Positions 10,971 through 18,823 of a stretch of DNA of 24,518 bases are shown in pieces. Location of the stretch: positions 189,758 to 214,275 of the forward strand of contig NW_008246107.1 of the NCBI RefSeq assembly GCF_000281045.1, in the 5' to 3' direction. The stretch comes from Saprolegnia diclina VS20. Taxonomy: Eukaryota. Below the pieces are notes generated by a model. The model saw nothing but the letters and a program-made list of their open reading frames with translations. It searched no databases and was not told where the DNA came from. Positions within the stretch are counted from its first letter, which is position 1; each line of letters opens with the position of its first letter. Both the position numbers and the translations under genes were made by a program.

Positions 10971-12573
10971 CGTCGTCGCCCCCACGATATCTTTCTTCGC
11001 AATTGCAGCCTTTTAAAATGCATTGAGCATCGGAATAAAAATATGTGGGTGAATGTATGGGTAGCCATAAATGACAAAAAGAGGATCATGCTGACCTGAC
11101 ACGAGACAGATGGTGGTCTGGTGACAAAAAGGGGTTTCTTGCAGCTTTGGGCGAACGGACATTTTGCCACGTCATCCAACCATCACCGCAGTGCTGCCAG
11201 CACGCACAGACCACAGATTCTGCTGTCGAAACTGTGGTCCTTGGTCTGCTGCTTGTGGACTCGAAGCAACTTGGTGGTTCACACCAATGGGAAAGAGAAG
11301 GAAGGGACAACACCTGCGTATGAAGCAGGAATGTACGAAAGGCGGTCGACGTAGTCCCATCTGCACCTTGACACTCCCTGAATGGACGCTGAAGAATGCT
11401 GTGGACCGCTTGTGAAACGGTCGTCATAGCCCACGATCAGCTTAGAGGCAGCTGGCAATTTGGCAGTGCGCCATCCTCACGGTTCATGTGTTGGCCCATC
11501 GTTCGAGCGTCTCGTAGTGAGCTTCTCGAATCGAGTCGCATGAGATCAAAAGCCCCGTACATTCCTATTCGAGATACAACCTTGCGACAGCTTTTGGCAG
11601 TTGGCAACGACGAAGCACGCACTCGAGATACATCGCCCTTGTGTAATGCCGCCAAGCCTCGCACGCACGTGGAGCTACTCAGGGTTCTCGTGCAGCCTTG
11701 CTGTAGTCCCACATTCGATGCATCTCTTGGCGGCCCACGAAAGCCGAGCGCTGCCAGGCGATAATGACTCATGGTATTTGAAGGAATTCATAACACGTTG
11801 GCAGTTTGCTGCCGATGGACGTACCGCACGGAACGGTCGGACAGCGGCAGGCAGATAGAGACGCCGACGGCCGCACCTCAATCGCGAACTTGAACCAAGA
11901 TCACAAAGGAAGAAGAACTGGCAACTTCAACATCGCACCTCGTGGGAAATGGTGGTATTTCCCACATGTCCGATTTCTCACATCAAGGGTTGATCGACGA
12001 TCAACTGCAGCCATCCATCATCCAAGCGTTCAGGACCCGTGACAATGGCGCGGCAGCATGGACATGGACGTCTGCGACGTCGTTGTTCGACAAACGTAGA
12101 GGATCCGAGACGTCCGGACAGGCGCAGCATTCGTGCGTTCGTGAATTGGGTCCGCTGCCAGAGGAAATTCTAGATACCAGTGTGAAAATTACATTTCACC
12201 GAGGACGTTGAATTGATCCAAACGCCATCCGTCAATTTTTCCGCATGCGTGGGCGAGATATATCTAGTACCAGGCATAGTGTAAAGGCATACAAAAACAC
12301 CGTAGAATGCTTGCATGTCACCGTACCACAGTGTCGTTCTCTGGGCGCGTGGTGATGCGAGGAGCAAATTGCAGCTGAGCGCCAGCACCCAAGCATGCAG
12401 TGCAACGTCCAGAACGGCTACTCTGAAGGGGGACCTTGAAGTTGGCGCCAAAGATGCGCGCGATTTCCCACCGTGGGAATTGCATTTTACACATTTCGGA
12501 CCAGCATCTTGAGATTGGTAAGCATTTTGGGACAGGTCCATCGTCGTGGGGCCGTTTTTCCGCGTAGTTTTGG

Positions 12574-12627
12574 CCAATGAAACGACGCCGTCGGCGGCCG
12601 CTGCCGGAGCAGGTCATTTTCGAATCT
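12574..12627 (+). promoter_or_regulatory. Core promoter: CCAAT (12574-12578) plus INR-like TCATTTT (12614-12620)
   Basis: Matches the oomycete initiator YCAYTYY, 40 bp upstream of ATG 12654, with CCAAT about 40 bp further upstream. Confidence 0.55.
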
Positions 12628-12653
12628 TCGCCGCCCCAGCCACCCCCCCGACC

Positions 12654-12957
12654 ATGTCCATGACCAGCTTCCTCGTGCGCCGACTCTCGCGCCAGGGCGA
12701 CGACCACCTTGCTGCCGTCTCCATCACCGAGGCCGAGTGCAACACGCTCATGAAGCACCTCGTGGAGCGCGACTTGCTCCCGAACGCGTGCCGGCAGCTG
12801 CTCGTGCGCCACAACACGGCGCCGGCGGCGCGCAAGGAGCCGACGCGCATGGCCGCGCAGGTCGTCGACAAGGACGCCAACCACCACTATGGCATGGTAC
12901 GCCTGCGATGCCATTGATGAGGTTGATTCTTATCTGTATGTCTAGATCTACTTGTGA
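12654..12957 (+). CDS. Small hypothetical protein (84 aa, 2 exons: 12654-12896 and 12946-12957), ending ...HHYGM-IYL*
   Basis: Strong GC3 codon bias, ACCATG start context and an upstream CCAAT+INR. A canonical 49-nt intron GTACGC...CTAG (12897-12945) is followed by ATC TAC TTG TGA. Confidence 0.7.
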
Positions 12958-13095
12958 GAGGTCGACAGCCCATCTCGTTAGCTCTTGTACCAGTACTGTA
13001 GTCGTCTCCTGAAGTCGTAACCTAATAATCTATATCCCACGCCGTCTGTGTCGAGTATAAGATAAGATCTGGTTGATGTACTAATGGACTTTTTA

Positions 13096-13533
13096 TTATT
13101 CGGGTGTTGCCGACTGGAGCCTGGCCAGAGCCTCGACGGCATCCAGCACTTGCTGGATGTGGCTGGCGATCTCGCGCGCCTTGGCTTGGTGACGCTCGCG
13201 CTTCGCAGCCAAAAACTGCTTGCGGCCAGCGACAAAGGGCGGTACGTCCGCGGCGGCCATTTCAACGTACACCTGCAAACCAATGTGCACGACGACGGGC
13301 GTATGGGGCGCGACCTTGACCTTGGCATAGCACTGCTTCCCGAGGTCGCACTGCAGCTTCCACGCCTTGTCCTGCGCGTCCGCCGCAGCCTTGCCCGCGA
13401 GCATCTCGACGAGGTTGTCGTACTCGGCCACGTCGGCGTCGAGCGCGTCGCGCTGCGCAAGCGCGGCCGTCAGCTGCGGCCGCAGCGTCTCCTCGACGAA
13501 CGTCGCGTACTTCTCGACCTCGGCCGTTGCCAT
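13096..13533 (-). CDS. UXT: UXT-like prefoldin alpha-class subunit (145 aa)
   Basis: VEKYATFVEETLRPQL...RD...AEYDNL...LQCDLGKQCYAKVKV...VVVHIGLQVYVEM...FVAGRK...IASHIQQVLDAVEAL follows the recalled UXT pattern (YETFISDVLQRDL...MQVDLGCNFF...IYVALGYGFFLEL...IKAHIHMLLEGLREL), i.e. helix, beta-hairpins, helix. Confidence 0.85.
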   Translation of the reverse strand: MATAEVEKYATFVEETLRPQLTAALAQRDALDADVAEYDNLVEMLAGKAAADAQDKAWKLQCDLGKQCYAKVKVAPHTPVVVHIGLQVYVEMAAADVPPFVAGRKQFLAAKRERHQAKAREIASHIQQVLDAVEALARLQSATPE

Positions 13534-13904
13534 CGCAAATGCAAGTAAGAAGGACCAATCAAAATCATTTCTTCGAACTTCGATATGCTTTGGCCTCGAA
13601 GTATCTTGGCAAGATCCGCGCCGACAGAGGGAGTCGGAGGCCAAGCTTGGTGGCAGTGGCTGGGCGCGCCAGCAGCTTCAAGGCCAAAAGAAAGAGCCAC
13701 CGGACCCGCAGCTATGCTAGCATTGCTGACGGTAAAGATATGTGAAGATCGGGATGTGCAGGAGACGAAGGTTCGTTCACCGTCGTTTGCTTCAACGCGA
13801 GACGAACATCTTCGGCCAATGTGGCAATCGCAACCGAGAAACAGGGAATGATAAATGATTTTTGAAGACAACACGATCTATGGTCAGCTACTTGTGCATT
13901 CTCG

Positions 13905-14870
13905 TCACACGGCAGTCGCGAGGTTCTTCTCGCGCACGAACGCGTAAAGCGCCGCGAGGAGCCCGTCGACGCTGTAAAAGAGCTGCAAGTGCGTTGGCTT
14001 TTTGGACGCCGCGTCAAAGTCCATGTGGCAAAACCCCTCGAGCTCAATCATGTCGCCGTTGCCGGCCACGCCTTGGAACGTGCCGTGGAAGTAGCCCACT
14101 TGGCGCCACCGAAACGTCGTGCGCGGCAGGGTTGTGTAGACCTCGGTCACGCACCACTTCCAGCCGCCGGGCGACACCATGTGCAACGTCACTTGCTGCG
14201 GCAACGCGCCAGGTCCCGCGACGTCCATACCGTTGACCGAGCATCGGCCGCAGTCGGCGGCGCCGACAAACCACTGCTGCAGGCGAGCCTCGATCTTGCG
14301 CTCGATGGACGTATTGTGGTGCGACAGAAGGCGCTTGGACACGACAATGTCATTGGCCGTCGCGGCGTCCATGAGGAACGTCTTCATGTAGGCCTTTCCG
14401 AGCCGTTCAAAGAGCCCCGGCTCCTTCTCGACCACGTCCGTATCGTTGCTGGACGTCGACACGGACGCAGAGCTCGTTACGCGCACCACCATGTCGATGC
14501 CTGCGGCGTCGCACTGGGTCTCCCAGTCCCGAAAGACGCGCTCGTCGCTACAGGCAAAGAGCGCGGTAGCCGAGACGTACGGCAGCACCTCGAGCACGAA
14601 CGGTGTCTTGGAGCTCGCGTGCAGCACGTGTGTCTTGATTTGGCGGATCGCGATCGACTCGAGAAGCGGCTCGTTGACCGTGTTGCTGCCCTTGTACACG
14701 TGGAGGTACACGTACGCGCCGTCGCGGTCCCGCTTGAGGACGCAGAAGCGCCGCTTCCAGCCCGAGAGGAACGAGCGCTGCTTCATGTGCAGCCAGCCCG
14801 TGTGCAGTCGTCGGTGCCCGCTCATGGTCGTGCAAACAAAGTTATCAGCGATCGCAGCATAGTCCGCCAT
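13905..14870 (-). CDS. PH domain fused to a pathogen-related-protein (SnoaL/NTF2-like) domain (321 aa)
   Basis: N-terminal PH signature HTGWLHMKQRSFLSGWKRRFCVL...FRDWETQ. The C-terminal PGGWKWCVTEVYTTLPRTTFRWRQVGYFHGTFQGVAGNGDMIELEG...LQLFYSVDGLLAAL resembles the plant/fungal 'pathogen-related protein' motif FPxGFAWEVxxVYSGPPxxxFxxRHWGxxxGxFxG..xGxxVExxG. Confidence 0.8.
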   Translation of the reverse strand: MADYAAIADNFVCTTMSGHRRLHTGWLHMKQRSFLSGWKRRFCVLKRDRDGAYVYLHVYKGSNTVNEPLLESIAIRQIKTHVLHASSKTPFVLEVLPYVSATALFACSDERVFRDWETQCDAAGIDMVVRVTSSASVSTSSNDTDVVEKEPGLFERLGKAYMKTFLMDAATANDIVVSKRLLSHHNTSIERKIEARLQQWFVGAADCGRCSVNGMDVAGPGALPQQVTLHMVSPGGWKWCVTEVYTTLPRTTFRWRQVGYFHGTFQGVAGNGDMIELEGFCHMDFDAASKKPTHLQLFYSVDGLLAALYAFVREKNLATAV

Positions 14871-17157
14871 CGGTGCAGAGATTCACTTGACGATACTACG
14901 CCGCTTTGGCCTTTCCGTCGTTTCAGACCAGGTTGCCGAAACCGGCGCCTCAAAACGCATTGCGCGCTGCCACGTCATAATCCGAACCGCGGCGGCTCCG
15001 CAAATCTCGTCCGAAGCCGCGGCGCCAACCTGGGCGCGTACAGTGCCACAGAAGAAGGCCAGTTAGTGCATGTAAACTAGCATGAAGCTCAAGTGGGTCG
15101 GCATTCCAATCTCAGAAAGCACAGCAACCGACGGTTCTACAAGTGCACGAGTGCTCGGTTCAAGGTGATTCTGGGTGCACCGAGCGTTGAACGAGGAAGA
15201 ATGTCCCAAGACCTTCCCCCATCATCCATGCCACCCAGCACGTGTGCAGCAAAAAGAAGGCCGTCGAAAGCGATCGGCCGCATACGCGGCAACTGGGTTT
15301 GTGTATCGCATCACCGCCTTGTCTACGGCTCAATAGACACGAAACACGTGGGGACACCATGTACTTTTTTGCTTCGGGACCTTTTGCCAAGAAGAGTGCT
15401 TTGGGAGCGCCGTCTTGGTGGTGCTGATCTCAAAGCGAGCCGTCGCCACAGCCAGACTCTTCCGACACTGTGAAGATGAAGCCAAGTCCATTTCGATGTT
15501 CGCGCAAAGAAGGGCCACTCGGAATGCGACGCGCGCACATCGTCAGTGTGATACTAGCACGACGACGACTGCTATGCGGGTCGAAACTCAGAGCGAAGTA
15601 ACGACTCGCCATCACCCAGTGGCCCAAAAATGATGTAAACTCGACAAGATTGCACACGACAGTCGAACAAGTGACCAAAATCGAAGCCGCGAGTAATTGG
15701 GATGCACGAGCCGAGTAAACGCCCAACGGAAGGCGCCAACGTTTGTGAGAGGGACACCGTGCGGCGGTTCGTGGCCGTCCACAGCCATTCGCCGCCTTTC
15801 CTACTGCTCTTTGCTCGATGCGCTGCCTCTCTGACCGCGCAAACTCGCCGTCGGAAGCCGCACATCGCGTTGAAGTCAACCCATTCCTTCGTGCTGTGGC
15901 GGCCAAGACATGGCAAGATACTGCGTGGGAAATGTTTCCCACAACCACACACATACAATACGCGAGTACAATGACATTTTTCACGTATGTGGAAAGCATG
16001 TAAAATCCACTTGGACCATATGTGTTGGCACTGAGCGTGCTGCATGTGGGCACCGGATGATCGCAACGCATTCGACAAGGTAGGACAAGGGCCGTGACGT
16101 CGGAACGCCTTCATCAAGCGTCCAATGGCGACGACGCTATCGTGTTGGCCTTCGTAGCCAGCTGGGACGGGAACGAACGCCGTCTTCTTTGGCGTCGGCT
16201 TGGCCGCACGTGAGTTTGAAACGAATTGACCTTCTCAGACCGCACTGGCTGTTCACGTGAACGGTCTCGCACCCACTCGACGGCCGCGTGTTTTTCCCGC
16301 AGCTTCAAGTTTGTGCGTCCGTAGACAGGACCGGCTTGCTGGATGCTTGGACGCGAAGTGTGCCGCGCTGATCGTCTCCCGCGCGCCACGAGACGACGAC
16401 GACGGCACAAAAATCTTTGCGTCGCGCTTGATGCCTCTCGTCGCGAGCGCAGCGTACACGAATAATAGTATCCACTGGGGGACCATATGCGACACGAGCT
16501 CGCGATTGTCCATGATGCCGACATCTTGCAGTCTCAGACTCTTGGGTGGCTTTTCTCGTTCGTCCCTTGTACCATTGCCCGACGACGACGACGACCGGTG
16601 TACTACGGTCAGGACCAGGTATCGGTTGCAGTGCGGTCTTTGTCAAGCTGGAGAAAGCTGAAGTGCTTGACCACGGGTCATGAAGAAAGGCCATTTGACA
16701 TCCGTCATGACTGGGCGCTTATTTGACTTGCATTACACATTCTTTCGAGAGGGTCACGGGCATGTGACCAACTCGACTACCGTAGACGAGGGATGGTGCC
16801 ACCTACGGGTTGTTGGTGGTTGTTGCGAATGCCTGAGGCGTCGTGGTCCCAAGATGCCGCTGTAGAGTGTGTAGATCTATGTGCGACCGCCTTCGTTTGC
16901 TCGTGTCGCCACGAAGCATTCGGCGGCGAGCGACCGCGACGGCAATTGGCCGAGTATGTGGACACGGCCTTGGTTGATGCGTGTGGACTGGCTCGTGTGC
17001 TCGGAAAGCAGCTGGAACCTCCTGCGTGCAATTAGGATATCGACTTTGCTTTGTGGAGTCCCACCCATACCTTCAACGATGTCGCGGGCCTCGGCAGTCG
17101 TCTGTTTTGTCCTCGACCTCGGTGTTCCCAGTGTTTCATTTGCGCCGTCTCGCCAAG

Positions 17158-17595
17158 ATGAACTTCCAGGGTCTCCACCCCGAAGCGCCCGCGCCGTGCA
17201 GCTACCACCACAACTGCTACCGATACGCCAAGCTCAACGACCTCTGCTTGATCCACGCGCGCACACTCCACGTCGCTTCGCCGGCCTCGACCAAGTCTGC
17301 CAGCGAAACCGGCTCCGAGGCCACCAAGCCGACGCGCACGAACCGCCACCGCAAGTGCCAAGCGACCAACTGCACGGCCTTTGCGCGCCACGGCGGCTTT
17401 TGCACGCGCCACGGCGGCGGCCGGCGCTGCAAGATCGACGGCTGCGAGACCGCGGCCCAAACCCGCGGCTTTTGCCGGCTCCACGGCGGCGGGTCGCGCT
17501 GTCGCGTCGCCAACTGCAACGACTTTGCGCGCGTGGGTGGTCTCTGCATGCAGCACGTGCGCATGGTCAACCGCGACGCGATGCAGCAGTCGTAG
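17158..17595 (+). CDS. WRKY19-like (C-x4-C...C-x2-HGGG) zinc-finger repeat protein (145 aa)
   Basis: Three tandem units: CQATNCTAFARHGGFCTRHGGG, CKIDGCETAAQTRGFCRLHGGG and CRVANCNDFARVGGLCMQH, plus an N-terminal variant CSYHHNC...LCLIH. The family is widespread in oomycetes. No WRKYGQK motif is present. Confidence 0.88.
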   Translation: MNFQGLHPEAPAPCSYHHNCYRYAKLNDLCLIHARTLHVASPASTKSASETGSEATKPTRTNRHRKCQATNCTAFARHGGFCTRHGGGRRCKIDGCETAAQTRGFCRLHGGGSRCRVANCNDFARVGGLCMQHVRMVNRDAMQQS

Positions 17596-17994
17596 GCCAT
17601 ATCTTCACGTGATTTCGCTATTTATTCCACGTACCAATATACATCGCCTGCATGGCGCTTGCGTCCTTTCTACAAACACCACGTGGTGGATCAGACCGAC
17701 GTTGCCCTCCGGGACAGCAGTGTGGGATGCACGGTCACGACGCCCACGTACGAGCGTACTCATCATCACGATGGGTCGAGTACCCATATTACATTCTTGG
17801 TGCTGCAGCCAGGATTTTCAACGACATGTTGCCTTTCTTGGTATCTGGACGGTCGTAGACGGGCCTTGGGATATGTACCGAGGGATATAGAGACCTGTGT
17901 GCAGCTCCTGCGTGCGTCCTGAAGCGCGATGCGGCGTTCTTCTTCCTTCGCGGCTCTTTGGCGCTGTTACCGACAGCGTCGCGATCTTTCTGAG

Positions 17995-18020
17995 TCGCCT
18001 GTCCCGATCGCCTGTCCCGA
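17995..18020. repeat. Perfect 13-bp tandem duplication (TCGCCTGTCCCGA)x2
   Basis: Read directly: 17995-18007 is identical to 18008-18020. It lies in the intergenic region upstream of the PH gene. Confidence 0.9.
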
Positions 18021-18190
18021 GCGATGATGGACATAGTACATTGTACCGAAAGCGTACATCGTCCGTTGACGTACAGTACGTAATGTACCGTGTACGTGAT
18101 GTGCGCTTCAAAAAACAAATTCGAACAGTACGTGGCAGCACGAGAGGCACGATGGGTGTGACGACGTGGGCGCATGTGGTCAGCGCAGTT

Positions 18191-18205
18191 GCTCATTCCC
18201 ACATC
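18191..18205 (+). promoter_or_regulatory. INR/FPR-like core promoter GCTCATTCCCACAT
   Basis: Close to the oomycete consensus GCTCATTYYNCAWTT, about 30 bp upstream of ATG 18223. Confidence 0.65.
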
Positions 18206-18222
18206 CGTACAGTACTGCACCA

Positions 18223-18783
18223 ATGCCAACGATCAGCGGCTGGCTGCGCCTCAAGAGCGTCTCGGGGCTCATGAGCCTCTGGCGACGGCGCTTCTTCGTC
18301 CTCAAGGACACGTCGCTCTACGAATACGACTCGGAAGACACGTTCTCGGGCGGCTTCAAGCAAACGCGCCGGCTGCTCTCTGTGCGCCGCGTCGCGTCGT
18401 CCGCGCTCACCTTCCACATCGTTGTCGCCGGCGCCAAGAAGCCCAAGTCGTACTACCTCGCGACGTACGACTCGGGGTCCTTTGAGCAGTGGCGCAAGGC
18501 GTTCGTGACGTGCTGCGGTCCAAGCATCGCCAAGCTCGGCGACGACGCGGACGCGACCAAGACGCTCTTGACGCGATCGCCGTCGCACTACAGCAGCTCG
18601 GGCAGCACCGCCAGCACTGATGTACAGAGCATCCCGATCCTCGTTGGCGACGACCCCGAGGTGCTTTGGCGCCAAACCAACCACAAGGCCGCCGACGCCG
18701 TGACCATGCACGTCCTGTTCCCCGACATGGCGCAGGACGACGTCGACCGGTACACGTCCAGCGCAATGCCATCGACGCTCTAG
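18223..18783 (+). CDS. PH-domain protein (186 aa, single exon)
   Basis: ISGWLRLKSVSGLMSLWRRRFFVLKDTSLYEY...YYLATYDSGSFEQWRKAF is a typical PH domain with its terminal Trp helix. The C-terminal tail is Ser-rich. Confidence 0.87.
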   Translation: MPTISGWLRLKSVSGLMSLWRRRFFVLKDTSLYEYDSEDTFSGGFKQTRRLLSVRRVASSALTFHIVVAGAKKPKSYYLATYDSGSFEQWRKAFVTCCGPSIAKLGDDADATKTLLTRSPSHYSSSGSTASTDVQSIPILVGDDPEVLWRQTNHKAADAVTMHVLFPDMAQDDVDRYTSSAMPSTL

Positions 18784-18823
18784 CCGACGTATCTTTTTCG
18801 CATGAGCCAATATATGATTTATA

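Noticed and set aside
11000..12570. Possible NPC1 N-terminal exons or an RNA gene
   Set aside because: I recognised no NPC1_N Cys pattern, signal peptide, tRNA, snRNA or snoRNA hallmarks.
13989..15080. 363-aa plus-strand ORF
   Set aside because: Antisense shadow of the PH/pathogen-related fusion gene.
14871..17157. Many 60-213-aa ORFs in the 2.3-kb intergenic region; possible transposon or hidden gene
   Set aside because: I saw no consistent codon bias, domain motifs, terminal repeats or splice-consistent model. A lncRNA cannot be excluded.
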